This document shows, in pieces, positions 54,666 through 64,000 of a stretch of DNA of 64,000 nt. The stretch's first letter is position 1; each line of letters opens with the position of its first letter. Origin of the DNA: Methanomassiliicoccales archaeon (GTDB lineage: Archaea; Thermoplasmatota; Thermoplasmata; Methanomassiliicoccales; UBA472); the NCBI GenBank assembly GCA_026394375.1, contig JAPKYJ010000013.1, positions 2,089 through 66,088 of the forward strand, given 5' to 3'. A program made the position numbers and the translations under genes. The notes below the pieces were generated by a model. That model searched no databases. It worked only from the letters and a program-made list of their open reading frames with translations, and was not told the origin of the DNA.

Positions 54666-54700
54666 GCCGCTGATTGGATATGACAGTGCGCGTTCGGGCA

Positions 54701-55438
54701 TTATGACTTGACGGCTCTGATGATCGCTTCCAGCTTCCCGCCGAACTGGCCGTCCTCGACGACGGTGCCCGTGACGATGATGTCCGCTCCCGCCTTCTTC
54801 AGGGCCGCCGCCTGTTCCGGGCTTCTGATGCCCCCACCCACGATGACCGGTATCTTCAGCTTTGACTTGACAGCCGCCACCATCTCCGATGGGACTGGCT
54901 CTGGTGCTCCGCTGCCCGCTTCATAGTAGACCAGCTCCATGCCCATGAACTGCGCCGCCAGGCCATAGGCCACCGCGGCCTGCAGGTCGTTGCGCTTGAT
55001 GACGTCCGCCTCCCCCACCTCGCCGACCTTCATCCCTGGCTCGACGACCACATAGCCCATGGAGATGGTCTCCAGATCCAGTTTGGCGATGATAGGTGCT
55101 CCGGCCACTTGTTCCCCGATCACGTTCCGGCGGTTGCGGGAGTTGAGCATGCTCATGAAGTAGATGGCGTCGCTATATCGCGAGATGGCGTGGGCGCCCG
55201 AAGGGAAGTAGATCACTGGCACTTTGATGCGTTTCTTGATCGCCAGGACCGTCTGGTCCAGGTTCTCTTGCGTGACATCCGTGGAACCCCCGACCATGAT
55301 GGCGTCCGTGCCCGCCTTCTCCGCCACGGCCGCGATCTCCCCTGCTCTCTCATAGTCCTGCTTGGCCGGATCGATCAGGGTCATGTGCAGCGTATGGTGG
55401 GTTGCCAGTCTTTCCCGGATGTACGCCTTGACGTTCAT
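54701..55438 (-). CDS. geranylgeranylglyceryl phosphate synthase (GGGPS, PcrB family)
   Basis: Contains TLIDPAKQ, DAIMVGGS, YFPSG and PVIVGGGIRSPEQA. The ATG overlaps the stop of the upstream UbiA gene (ATGA at 55435-55438). Confidence 0.9.
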   Translation of the reverse strand: MNVKAYIRERLATHHTLHMTLIDPAKQDYERAGEIAAVAEKAGTDAIMVGGSTDVTQENLDQTVLAIKKRIKVPVIYFPSGAHAISRYSDAIYFMSMLNSRNRRNVIGEQVAGAPIIAKLDLETISMGYVVVEPGMKVGEVGEADVIKRNDLQAAVAYGLAAQFMGMELVYYEAGSGAPEPVPSEMVAAVKSKLKIPVIVGGGIRSPEQAAALKKAGADIIVTGTVVEDGQFGGKLEAIIRAVKS

Positions 55439-56250
55439 GTGATCCCTCCGATGAGGAACGAGACCATGGCGGCTAGCATACCGATCTTGGCCCAGGTCTG
55501 GCCCCTCTTCGGGTTCTGGAAATGAACTATGGATGAGTATATAAATATTGCATCTGCCACCAGGACCGTGGCCAGGTACCAGATGCCGAACACCCCGACT
55601 AGATAGGGTTCGGGGGACATCGCCACCGCGGCTAGGAATGCAGCGCTTCCCACCACGCCCGCCCGCTTCTTGCCCAATCGCTTGGGGAGGGTCGCTCGGT
55701 CATAGTCCCCCTCCATGTCCTGGATGTCTTTGACGATCTCCCGCCCCAGCGTGGCCAAGAAGGCCATGGCGGCGATGGCTACGGTCCTGTCCAGTCCTCC
55801 CACGATCGCACCGCCTAGCAGGAACAGGGCTCCGGTCAGCCAGGCAATGGACAGATTGCCGGCCAGGCCGCGCTTCTTGGTGGCGAGCTCGTACGCCAGC
55901 ACGATGACGATGGCGGAGACCACGATGGCGATGGAAACGAGATCCAGGAGCAAGGAGAGCGCGAGAGATACGACGAAGGCACCGGCCGAAAGGCGGAGCG
56001 CGGTGACCGGTCTCATGCGACCTAAGGGCAATGGGCGTTCGGGATGAGCCACCCGATCCACTTCTCTGTCCAGATAATCGTTGAGCGCGTTGCCGCCGGC
56101 CACGAAGGCGAAGACCACGCCGGAGGCAATGAGCACCTTCTCCCATTGGCTGGTCATGCCCGTGCCGGCGGCGATGAGTACCGCTAGGACCAGGCCGACC
56201 ACGCCCATAGCGCAATTGCCCAATCGGAATATCTGGGCGAACCGATTCAC
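55435..56250 (-). CDS. UbiA-family prenyltransferase, probable digeranylgeranylglyceryl phosphate synthase
   Basis: The Asp-rich motif is NALNDYLDREVDRVAHPERPLP. It has 8-9 TM segments and is coupled to the GGGPS gene. Confidence 0.8.
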   Translation of the reverse strand: MNRFAQIFRLGNCAMGVVGLVLAVLIAAGTGMTSQWEKVLIASGVVFAFVAGGNALNDYLDREVDRVAHPERPLPLGRMRPVTALRLSAGAFVVSLALSLLLDLVSIAIVVSAIVIVLAYELATKKRGLAGNLSIAWLTGALFLLGGAIVGGLDRTVAIAAMAFLATLGREIVKDIQDMEGDYDRATLPKRLGKKRAGVVGSAAFLAAVAMSPEPYLVGVFGIWYLATVLVADAIFIYSSIVHFQNPKRGQTWAKIGMLAAMVSFLIGGIT

Positions 56251-56314
56251 GGGCGCAAATTCGATTCCCGTGCTTTAGCTTTTGCCTGGAGAGTCGGTGG
56301 AAAACCGCTGAACG

Positions 56315-57811
56315 ATGACAGGTTCTAAGCCAAGGTTATATAGCACGCCCTTTGATAAGGGCGAAGGAGTTCACGTGGACCAAGCGGCTGAGATCGAGCT
56401 AGTCCGTTCCCTGGTGGCCAAGCACTTCGCCACCTACGACGTTAAGGTCAGCCTCGATGCGGTGGTGGTCCACATAACCCCTGACGTGTCAAGGTTGGAG
56501 AGAGACTTCGACGACCTGCGCAAGGAGATGGCCGCCAAAGGTTACATCCCCATTCTGGAGTACAAGGGCGGAGAATACTCCGTAGCGGCGGTGCGAAAGC
56601 CTCAGGCCAGGAAAGGACGCAATTGGATCAATCTCGCGCTTCTGGTCGTGACCATGCTCACGACGATCCTATCTGGGGCGTATCTGTGGGCCGGATACTC
56701 TTCCAGCACCGATCTGCTCACCGTGGACAACATCCTCTTTGGCACGGTCTTCTTCGCCATCCCTCTAATGACCATCCTAGGCGTGCATGAGCTTAGCCAC
56801 TACCTCATGTCCAAGCGCCACGGATTGGAAGCTTCCTTGCCTTACTTCATTCCCTCCGTACCACCTCTGGGGACGTTCGGGGCGTTCATCTCCATTCGCG
56901 AGCCCATGCCCAGCAAGAAGGCGCTGGTCGACATTGGTGTGGCTGGGCCCATCGGTGGATTGCTGGTCACTATACCCGTGGCGATCATCGGCCTGTGGCT
57001 CAACGCCCAAGGTGTGCCCAATAACAGCACTCCGCCCGGCGGCTCGATAGTGATTAACTTTCCGTTCTTCTTCAACCTGCTCGCCCTGCTCGTGCCCCAG
57101 CCAGAGGGGATTATGAACATGCATCCTTTGGCTTTCGCGGCCTGGGTAGGATTCTTCGTCACGGCCATCAACCTCCTGCCGGCCGGGCAGTTGGACGGGG
57201 GGCACGTGGCCCGCGGGCTGCTGGGTGACAGGTCCAAGTATCTCAGCTTGGTGACCGTGGGCGTTCTCTTTGCTCTGGGAGTGTTCTTCTACACTGGCTG
57301 GTTGCTGTTCGCTGCCCTTATCGTGTTCCTGGGCATGAAGCATCCCGCTCCGCTCAACGACGTGTCCCGACTCGACGTGAAACGGCTGACCGTGGGGGCC
57401 GTGGCCCTGGTGATCCTGGTAGGATCGTTCGTTGCCGTGCCTATGGAGGAGATACCTCTGGAACAGACGTTCGAGATGCACGTCGTGGGGTTGAACAACA
57501 CATCGGTCTCCGGAGGCCAGCTTGCCTTTTTCAATATGACCTTGAAGAACACCGGCAGCGTGAACATCTCCGTGAGGATGGACGTGAACGACGTCCCCTC
57601 CACTTTCAGTGCCACCCTCTATCCCACCAATTCCAGTTCAGCCAATGCCACCGACAGCCTCTCGGTCAAGATACCGTACAAAGGCACGGCGAACGTGACT
57701 CTCGAGGTGCAGGTGCATTCCTTGGCACTGGCAGGTAAGTACGTGCTGTCCGTCACAGCGGCAACGCAGGGACAGCGGACCACTCAGCGCTTCACCGTCC
57801 AGGTGATCTGA
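56315..57811 (+). CDS. site-2 protease (M50) family metalloprotease with a C-terminal Ig/CARDB-like domain
   Basis: The HExxH motif is HELSHYLMSKRHG, with a second motif NLLPAGQLDGGH. The C-terminus is beta-rich and Asn/Ser/Thr-rich. Confidence 0.8.
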   Translation: MTGSKPRLYSTPFDKGEGVHVDQAAEIELVRSLVAKHFATYDVKVSLDAVVVHITPDVSRLERDFDDLRKEMAAKGYIPILEYKGGEYSVAAVRKPQARKGRNWINLALLVVTMLTTILSGAYLWAGYSSSTDLLTVDNILFGTVFFAIPLMTILGVHELSHYLMSKRHGLEASLPYFIPSVPPLGTFGAFISIREPMPSKKALVDIGVAGPIGGLLVTIPVAIIGLWLNAQGVPNNSTPPGGSIVINFPFFFNLLALLVPQPEGIMNMHPLAFAAWVGFFVTAINLLPAGQLDGGHVARGLLGDRSKYLSLVTVGVLFALGVFFYTGWLLFAALIVFLGMKHPAPLNDVSRLDVKRLTVGAVALVILVGSFVAVPMEEIPLEQTFEMHVVGLNNTSVSGGQLAFFNMTLKNTGSVNISVRMDVNDVPSTFSATLYPTNSSSANATDSLSVKIPYKGTANVTLEVQVHSLALAGKYVLSVTAATQGQRTTQRFTVQVI

Positions 57812-58799
57812 ACAGACAGTAGTGCCGAGTGAGGGACCGGTGCACCCTCTGGGCGTGCTTCTGCTCCAGTCTCAGACCTGCAGCGTCCTGACAACTCCAG
57901 GGCAGGACGATCCCCCCACGCCCTCCCGGCCGCAGGACGTCGGCGATGGAAACCAGCGCGCGGTGGTGCAATTCTAGCATGGGTTCCTTCATGGTGGAGG
58001 CTGATCTCCCGTAAGGTGGGTCCGTGGCCACGGCATCCACCTTGCCGAACGTGCTCAGGACATCCCCCACGTCCACGATCTCCAGACGCTCCCACCGGGC
58101 CGCGAAATGGCGCATGTTCTGGGCACAGCCATCGATCATCTCCGCTGAGAGATCCGAACCGAGGACCTTCGCTCCCATCAACGCGGCTTCGATCAGGATG
58201 CCACCGGTGCCGCAGAAAGGGTCGAGCATGGTCTGCCCTTCGCGCACCTGGGTAAGATTGACCAAGGCCCTAGCGTAGCGAGGGTGGAGCGATATGGGCG
58301 AGAAGAATGGGCGACTTCGTACGTGCCTGGCCTCATACTGATCGCGGTCGATGTGGCCTTCCTCGATGAAGAAATGCAGACGGTCGGAGAGAAGCACACG
58401 CACCGGGACTTCGGCCGAGTCGAGGTCCACGTTCCTTCCTTTGGAGAGCGCCGCCCCTATCTGCTTCGTGAGATCTCGAGCCTGCTCTGGCGTGCTCGTA
58501 CCTTGGTGACGCTTCACCCGGACGCTCACGGATCCCTTTGGCAGTGGCAAACCATCGACGAACGGCTTGAGGTGCTCCCGGTCCACGGAGCCGAGGTAGC
58601 GGCCATACCGGTGGACGAGGGCCAACCTTCGGACGATGTTACCCCGTTCCTCATCCCCGAGCGAACAAGCCACGAAACCAGGGCCTTCCGCCAACAGCTC
58701 AGACCGTCCAGTCTCCGCCTCCAGGCATGAGATGACCTCCGCTCTCGGCAGCGAGGGGTGTTCGCCTGAAAGCTCGAACAGCGTCGCCTGGGGCCTCAT
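57792..58799 (-). CDS. trm11: THUMP-domain tRNA (guanine-N2)-methyltransferase (archaeal Trm11/Trm-G10-like)
   Basis: The SAM motif is LDPFCGTGGILIEAA and the catalytic motif is ATDPPYG. The 3' end overlaps the convergent M50 gene by 20 nt. Confidence 0.8.
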   Translation of the reverse strand: MRPQATLFELSGEHPSLPRAEVISCLEAETGRSELLAEGPGFVACSLGDEERGNIVRRLALVHRYGRYLGSVDREHLKPFVDGLPLPKGSVSVRVKRHQGTSTPEQARDLTKQIGAALSKGRNVDLDSAEVPVRVLLSDRLHFFIEEGHIDRDQYEARHVRSRPFFSPISLHPRYARALVNLTQVREGQTMLDPFCGTGGILIEAALMGAKVLGSDLSAEMIDGCAQNMRHFAARWERLEIVDVGDVLSTFGKVDAVATDPPYGRSASTMKEPMLELHHRALVSIADVLRPGGRGGIVLPWSCQDAAGLRLEQKHAQRVHRSLTRHYCLFRSPGR

Positions 58800-58831
58800 T
58801 CGCTTCCCCTAAGTTCGCGGAGCTATTAAGT

Positions 58832-59773
58832 TCAATCGCGAATGCCTTCCTCGGAAACGCTGAAGACCGCCTCGGCCTCGGGGAGGTTCGGAGAGTCGAC
58901 GAGCCGAGCGATGCGTTTCCCGCCCTTGCTCTTCCGCAGGTAAATCCTGAAGGTGGCCGCGTGCCCTACGATGTGTCCGCCTATTGGTCTGGTGGGATCC
59001 CCGAAGAACGCGTCCGGCTTGGCGGATACTTGATTGGTCACGGCCATGACGGTGTTGTTCAGGTCCCCGAAGCGCAGCAGATTGTGCATGTGCTTGTTGA
59101 GCAGCTGCTGCCTCTCGGCCAATGCGCCTCTTCCCATGTACTCCGCGCGGAAGTGCGCCGTCAGCGAATCGACGATCATGAGACGGATCGGTATGTCCTT
59201 GGCTATCTCCATGGCCTTATCCACCAGTAGCATCTGATGCGAGGAGTTGAACGCCCTCGCCACGTGTATCTTGCGCAGCGTTTCCGCGGGATCCAAGTCC
59301 ATCGCCGTCGCGATCTGCACGATCCTCTCCGGCCGGAAGGTGTTCTCGGTGTCGATGACGATGACCTCGCCCTCCAGCCCGCCCTTGTCGAACGGCATGG
59401 TGGCGTTGACGGCCATCTGGAAGCACAGCTGCGTCTTGCCGCTGCCGAATTCTCCATAGAACTCCACGATGGCTTGGGTCTCGAAGCCGCCGCCCATGAG
59501 CTCATCCAGTGCCTTGGAGCAGGAGGTGAGCTTGCGCATGTTGCGCCGCCTCTCCAGGATCACATCGCCGGGCTCGAACCCTCCCACGTCCGCTGCTTCC
59601 TTGGCAGCGGCGATTATCTTGGTGGCGGCCGCTTCCCCGATCTCGCACGCTTCCGCGAGGTTCTTGGGCGACTCGACCGCTATGGCCATCAAATCAGTGT
59701 AACCGGCGTCCCGCAGCCTCTCGGCCGTTGCAGGCCCAACTCCGGGCAACTCTTCGAGTTTCATCTCAGCCAT
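58832..59773 (-). CDS. radA: DNA repair and recombination protein RadA
   Basis: The HhH motif is [12 protein letters not shown], with Walker [10 protein letters not shown] and Walker B LMIVDS. Confidence 0.95.
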   Translation of the reverse strand: MAEMKLEELPGVGPATAERLRDAGYTDLMAIAVESPKNLAEACEIGEAAATKIIAAAKEAADVGGFEPGDVILERRRNMRKLTSCSKALDELMGGGFETQAIVEFYGEFGSGKTQLCFQMAVNATMPFDKGGLEGEVIVIDTENTFRPERIVQIATAMDLDPAETLRKIHVARAFNSSHQMLLVDKAMEIAKDIPIRLMIVDSLTAHFRAEYMGRGALAERQQLLNKHMHNLLRFGDLNNTVMAVTNQVSAKPDAFFGDPTRPIGGHIVGHAATFRIYLRKSKGGKRIARLVDSPNLPEAEAVFSVSEEGIRD

Positions 59774-59984
59774 CGATGCACCTGCCTTTTACCTATCTTC
59801 AGCGCACTTATAAACATGCTAGAGGGTAGGACGAAAGTGCCCGTTCTCCGGGCCTCGAGGATCTATCACCTGGCGGGAGTATTAAATCGATTCGCTGCAG
59901 TCAGTCTCAACTTCTCCAGCAAGGCTCGTCGACGTCGGGATTGGTGAAAAAGGTTTAAATCCCGCTGCCGTTTAACGGGAGAGC

Positions 59985-60689
59985 ATGGCCAAGAAGAAGA
60001 GGAAGGAAGAGGTGGAGGCGGAGAAGTACGAGTTCAAGCCTCCAGATTTCGACGAGAAGTCCTTCCTCGTGAACGACATCAAAGGCACCAAGATGCTCAT
60101 GGTGGCAGCCCTGCTGGGCATCGTTCTGGGATCGGTAGCATACTTGTTGACCGGCGTCTCGGCCCTGATAGGAGTGGTCGTCCTCTTCGCCGGTGCGTTC
60201 CTGCTCAAGTATGTCCTGCAGATCTTGAGAATCAATACCGAGGGGGTGCAGATGAGAACCCTGGCCGGCAACATCGTTCTGCTGATACTGCTGGGGTTGG
60301 CCATATGGATCATGCTCCTGAATCCTCCCTTCTCCGACCACTTTGCACCAGAATTCAGAAGCAACACTCAGGACTTCCAGCACGCCGCCGAGCCGTGGGA
60401 GAAATACATCGACGCAGGCCACACTCCGATCTATTCGGGGGACGGCGTTCGCATCAATATTACGGTGAGGGACAACGGCCGCATCGCTCACGTCTATGTG
60501 GAGGTGCCAGAGGTCACCACTGGCCAGGTCGAGATGGATCCCAACCTGGTCCCAGGCTCGTACATCTACCAGAACACCTACACTGCGAGCGGTTCGACTG
60601 CCACGTATACATACACCATCACGGCTGTCGATGAGGCCGGCAACAGCGCCACGACGAACGGTGCTTTTGTCGTCAACCCCGTGGTCTAG
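59985..60689 (+). CDS. hypothetical membrane protein with a C-terminal beta-rich extracellular domain
   Basis: A Lys-rich N-terminus, three hydrophobic segments, and a C-terminal Thr/Tyr-rich Ig-like region. A TATA-like GGTTTAAATC lies about 28 nt upstream. Confidence 0.5.
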   Translation: MAKKKRKEEVEAEKYEFKPPDFDEKSFLVNDIKGTKMLMVAALLGIVLGSVAYLLTGVSALIGVVVLFAGAFLLKYVLQILRINTEGVQMRTLAGNIVLLILLGLAIWIMLLNPPFSDHFAPEFRSNTQDFQHAAEPWEKYIDAGHTPIYSGDGVRINITVRDNGRIAHVYVEVPEVTTGQVEMDPNLVPGSYIYQNTYTASGSTATYTYTITAVDEAGNSATTNGAFVVNPVV

Positions 60690-62027
60690 TCATCTCTCCC
60701 AAGGGAGGGTACGGTCCAGGTGCCGGGACAGTGTTCGCTTCATATCGGCCTTCAGCGAACCAGCGGTGTCCCGCACTTCCATTCCTGCGAGGTCCCTGAA
60801 ACTGCTGCCGAGGGCGGCCTTCATCGCCTCTCCCCGCACCAGCTCAGGGGCGCGCCGATACTTGCGCTCGACCAGCGCTACCCAGCGCCCGTTCTCGATG
60901 TAAGGTCCGACGACCGCCTTTCCAGACCATTTCTCCAAGAACCCGACAGCGTGCCCGATCCAGACCGGCGGACCGACATGCTTCATCACCCTTGGCAGCT
61001 CTTCCGCCATGAGCTCGAACACCAAATCCACCCGACCTTCCATGGGATGGGTGCTGGTGGCGACCACAGAGAACTCCCCCGCTTCTAGCGCCGCTTGCAG
61101 ACCCTCCACCGTCTTCTTCATCTGCGGGAAGAGGTCATCATCTATGAGCTTCGGTCGCTTGAGGCTCACCACCAGCAGACTGGTGCCCCTTTTGTCCATC
61201 TCTTTCTTGATCTTCGGCAGCGGCCAGGTCTTCGGCGCCCGGGGAAAGAAGAATCTGATGGACGGGCTGTCCAGGTACGCCTTTGCCGCGTGCTGGAAGC
61301 AGGCCATCGAGTCCATGGAGACGGCGGAAGCCACGTTCCGTGAGGAGTCCACTGGGTCGTAAAAGACCAAGGGTGTGTCAAACCGCTCACCTTTACCCTC
61401 CAGGTCCAGAACCTCTCCTTTTTTCCAGCTTCCCGCTGCCGCCAGAACGGAGCGGAAGTCTCCATACCTCAGGACGAGGAGCTCAACCAGATATCCTGAG
61501 AAGCCTTGCACCTTTGCCTCGGCACCGTACGCCCCGATGCCCTTCATGAACTGCTTGAGCAGGCGCACGTCCGCCTTCTGTTTCTCAGCCAGGTGCGATT
61601 TGATATAAGTGGTATGGAAAGGGGTACGATCGACAGCGGACTTGAGACCGACGGGGCTGGAGATGCGGAAACATGGGACCAGGTCGACCTCGTACCCAGA
61701 GTAGATGCCATGAACGTAGGGGTGCTCGGCGTAGCGCTCTTCTCCTCCCAGAACGCTCTTGCCGATGCCTAGGCCCACTATTTCCAGATCCTTGCGCGAG
61801 GTGCTCTCCGGGAAAAGGATGAACACATCGATGTCGGGCGTGGAGGTATAGGTGTCCTTCGCCACTGAACCCTGGAGGGTAGCCTCCAGAGGCAATCCGG
61901 TGTCGTTGATCGCTTCTAGCACGTGAGCGAGAAGGGTCTTGGCGGCCTTCTCCACCCGCTTTCGACGGGCAGGGGACGGAGACACCCTTCCCAATACCTC
62001 GTTCTCAATATCCATCGACCCGACCAT
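60690..62027 (-). CDS. cca: CCA-adding tRNA nucleotidyltransferase (archaeal class I)
   Basis: Contains LQGSVAKDTYTSTPDIDVFILF, AEHPYVHG and VDLVPC. Size is 445 aa. Confidence 0.9.
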   Translation of the reverse strand: MVGSMDIENEVLGRVSPSPARRKRVEKAAKTLLAHVLEAINDTGLPLEATLQGSVAKDTYTSTPDIDVFILFPESTSRKDLEIVGLGIGKSVLGGEERYAEHPYVHGIYSGYEVDLVPCFRISSPVGLKSAVDRTPFHTTYIKSHLAEKQKADVRLLKQFMKGIGAYGAEAKVQGFSGYLVELLVLRYGDFRSVLAAAGSWKKGEVLDLEGKGERFDTPLVFYDPVDSSRNVASAVSMDSMACFQHAAKAYLDSPSIRFFFPRAPKTWPLPKIKKEMDKRGTSLLVVSLKRPKLIDDDLFPQMKKTVEGLQAALEAGEFSVVATSTHPMEGRVDLVFELMAEELPRVMKHVGPPVWIGHAVGFLEKWSGKAVVGPYIENGRWVALVERKYRRAPELVRGEAMKAALGSSFRDLAGMEVRDTAGSLKADMKRTLSRHLDRTLPWER

Positions 62028-62237
62028 TGACTGCGCTGTGGATAATACTTGCTGCAGAGGCGGGACCCTCGGGCTATGACTGGATGGCGGTCTAGAGAAT
62101 GAGATATATGATGTCTAAGGCCGGTGTGGGGGATTCAAGACAGATGCTTAGGAGGAAAGTTGAGCCACCGACCTCAGACACCGATTTTTCGCCTAGTAAT
62201 GCACTACTATAAGTATTTATGTATTATTCGCATCTGT

Positions 62238-62245
62238 ACAATTGT
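62238..62245. promoter_or_regulatory. palindromic octamer ACAATTGT, copy 1
   Basis: It lies within the 10-mer TACAATTGTT, which is repeated at 62555-62564. Confidence 0.3.
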
Positions 62246-62555
62246 TCTAAAGCGATTCCGATAGGACACCATATCAGGCTGAAGAATCAAGATCTGGCTA
62301 AGCCTTTTAACATTCGCTGAATGATTAACTATGGACTCATGTGTTGCAGAACCGAATCTCGAGGCTGGTATATACGCTTCATGGAGATATGTTAAGATCA
62401 TGCGATTGACTTAGGGGATAGGCTCTGATTCGAAGCGTTTTTTTAGTAACTCATTGGTTGGTAACAACCCAAAATAGGAAACAGGCAATTGCCAATGAAT
62501 GTTCATAGATGCGGATTGGATTTTACGAACACTATATTGACTATTGTTAAATTTT

Positions 62556-62563
62556 ACAATTGT
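62556..62563. promoter_or_regulatory. palindromic octamer ACAATTGT, copy 2, with a flanking ATTGTTAA direct repeat
   Basis: ATTGTTAA occurs at 62543-62550 and 62559-62566 (16-bp phase), about 150 nt upstream of the putative mtaC TATA box. Confidence 0.3.
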
Positions 62564-62711
62564 TAAGCATGGATAAGGCGCATTGAATTACCATTTCAAA
62601 AGCTACAACCTATTAGTATGTATTTAAGCTGTTAAATCTCTATATCAAAGTCTGACATATGTAAAGGAAGCATCGTAGGGAACCTCACCGCAGCGGCGAG
62701 CTGAAGCAAGG

Positions 62712-62720
62712 TTAATATAA
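62712..62720 (+). promoter_or_regulatory. TATA-like box for mtaCB
   Basis: TTAATATAA. The predicted TSS is near 62745, giving a ~90-nt 5' UTR before ATG 62838. The sequence GGGGGGGTTCGTAAGGGGTG precedes the start codon. Confidence 0.4.
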
Positions 62721-62743
62721 GGGGTGTCGCCTGATTTCAATTA

Positions 62744-62780
62744 GAGGTTTTGAGGGTTCGCGAGATCTCTCGAAGACCTC
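62744..62780 (+). promoter_or_regulatory. nested inverted repeats at the predicted 5' end of the mtaCB transcript
   Basis: The outer stem is GAGGTTTT/GAAGACCTC (8 pairs including one G-U). The inner element is the imperfect palindrome CGCGAGATCTCTCG (62759-62772), with the perfect core GAGATCTC. Confidence 0.35.
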
Positions 62781-62837
62781 TCAATACGAACACCTAATAA
62801 CCAGAAATATGGGGGGGGTTCGTAAGGGGTGTGAGAA

Positions 62838-63635
62838 ATGATAGACATAAGTAGTGTAAACTATGAAGAAGTTTTCCGACGCTATGATATCGAGACGGAA
62901 GCCAAAGAGAAGCCTGAAGCGTTGGCCGCAAAGATCTTGGCATCCGTTTCCGACGCCAAGCTGAAGAAGGTCGCTGAGGACGTCGTCTTCATGAACTATA
63001 AGGGCGTGGAAGAAGACGTCAAGGCAGCGCTCGAGAAGACCAAGCCTGAGGACGTGATCGAGAAGGGGCTCGTCAAGGGAATGGATGTCGTCTCAGAATT
63101 ATATGGACGCGGCATCTACTACCTGCCCCAGGTCATGGTGGCTGCAAAGGCGATGGAGCTCGGCATAAAGACCGCTGAGAGTAAGATGAAGGGCGAGAGG
63201 GAGATGAAGGGCACTGTTGTCATGCATGTCGCCGAGGGTGACCCGCACGATATCGGCAAGAACATCGCGGCAGTCCTGCTCAGGTCCAACGGCTACACCG
63301 TGGTCGACATGGGCAGAGATGTGCCGGTTGACGATGTTGTCAAGATGGTCGAGGAAAAGAAGCCCCAGATGGTCACTGGAACAGCACTCATGACCACGAC
63401 CATGTCCGCGTTCCCGACGATCGCAGAAAGGCTCATCGAGAAGGGCATCGAAATCCCATTCGTCTGCGCTGGTGGCGCAGTGAACAGGGTGTTCGTCGAG
63501 TCCTACCCGCTGGGTGTGTACGCCAATAAGGCGGTCCAGGGACCAGTCCTGGCGAGCAAGGCCGTCGAAGGCTGGAACTACCAGAAGTTCAGACTGAAGT
63601 GGGATGAGCTTGTGGGTGCCCATGGAGCAAAGTAA
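62838..63635 (+). CDS. mtaC: methanol-type corrinoid protein (MtaC-like)
   Basis: The B12-binding motif GDPHDIGKNI (DxHxxG) is present, with TGTALMTTTM and CAGGAV. An N-terminal helical cap domain is present; size is 265 aa. Confidence 0.85.
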   Translation: MIDISSVNYEEVFRRYDIETEAKEKPEALAAKILASVSDAKLKKVAEDVVFMNYKGVEEDVKAALEKTKPEDVIEKGLVKGMDVVSELYGRGIYYLPQVMVAAKAMELGIKTAESKMKGEREMKGTVVMHVAEGDPHDIGKNIAAVLLRSNGYTVVDMGRDVPVDDVVKMVEEKKPQMVTGTALMTTTMSAFPTIAERLIEKGIEIPFVCAGGAVNRVFVESYPLGVYANKAVQGPVLASKAVEGWNYQKFRLKWDELVGAHGAK

Positions 63636-63647
63636 GAGGTGATAAAA

Positions 63648-64000
63648 ATGGCATCAATAAAGAGATTCACCAGGATGGAATACAAGAGCGCTGACGAACT
63701 GGTCTTCGGTGAGGCGAAATACCCGGTGACATACGGTCTCGGCCAGAAGGCTGGTGCTGGGCATGTCATCCCCGAAATCAACTTCGCCCCCAGGCCCGGC
63801 GCTAGCAAGAACCCCGAGACCCTGACGAGGGAGTACGTCGACTACATCGCCAAGGACATACTCGACCGCGCTATCACCTTGGGATTCCCACGAGTGCAGC
63901 TGGAGAACGAGCACATATGGCAGATGGTCAACGACCCGCAAAAATTCGAGAAGCCGGTGGTCGCCGGTCAGAAGGAGATCATGGAGAAGTACCACGATGA
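63648..64000 (+). CDS. mtaB: methanol:corrinoid methyltransferase (MtaB), 5'-partial view truncated by the window end
   Basis: Not in the ORF track because it has no stop in the window. Manual translation gives MASIKRFTRMEYKSADELVFGEAKYPVTYGLGQKAGAGHVIPEINFAPRPGASKNPETLTREY...LENEHIWQMVNDP...QKEIMEKYHD, colinear with the Methanosarcina MtaB N-terminus as I recall it. AGGTGA lies 6 nt upstream of the ATG. Confidence 0.85.
   Translation, partial: MASIKRFTRMEYKSADELVFGEAKYPVTYGLGQKAGAGHVIPEINFAPRPGASKNPETLTREYVDYIAKDILDRAITLGFPRVQLENEHIWQMVNDPQKFEKPVVAGQKEIMEKYHD

Overview
This is a visibly GC-rich archaeal chromosomal segment (GC not computed). Archaeal markers are GGGP synthase plus DGGGP synthase, RadA, a class-I CCA-adding enzyme, a THUMP/Trm11 methyltransferase, and TATA-box style promoters with many apparently leaderless first genes. 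I support about 60 protein genes and one tRNA-Leu(UAA). I saw no rRNA, CRISPR array, transposase or integrase.

The window is dominated by bacterial-type (tetrahydrofolate/corrinoid) one-carbon metabolism:
- A split HdrA-like flavoprotein with MvhD, MetV and MetF.
- AcsE, lying divergent from PurH.
- Two convergent acs operons. One is RACo, a MetE-like methyltransferase and CooC. It faces a single 1358-aa fused CODH::ACS ORF followed by AcsD and AcsC.
- A second nickel-chaperone pair, CooT-CooC.
- An MT2-type (URO-D family) methyltransferase.
- At the right edge, mtaC and a truncated mtaB behind a 0.8-kb AT-rich leader.

Other modules are a TusA, DsrE-like, IscS-like, IscU::DUF59 operon; a 12S/5S/1.3S transcarboxylase-like set with BirA; PadR plus an ABC-2 exporter; ZnuABC; a Tes/GDGT-MAS-like radical SAM protein; a B12-binding radical SAM protein; and housekeeping genes.

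The most noteworthy observations are:
- The CODH::ACS fusion.
- The IscS-like protein that lacks the PLP Schiff-base lysine and sits behind TusA and DsrE-like genes.
- The MetE-like methyltransferase inside the acs accessory operon.
- The HdrBC-less HdrA-MvhD-MetVF module.
- A CooC paralogue with CxC changed to CxS, next to CooT.
- An exact 11-nt duplicate of the tRNA-Leu 3' end that closes a 0.6-kb AT-rich islet.
- A 1-nt frameshift in an MBL-rhodanese gene.

My taxonomic guess is a Thermoplasmatota / Methanomassiliicoccales-like organism. That is inference only. All family assignments rest on motif recognition from memory, not on searches.
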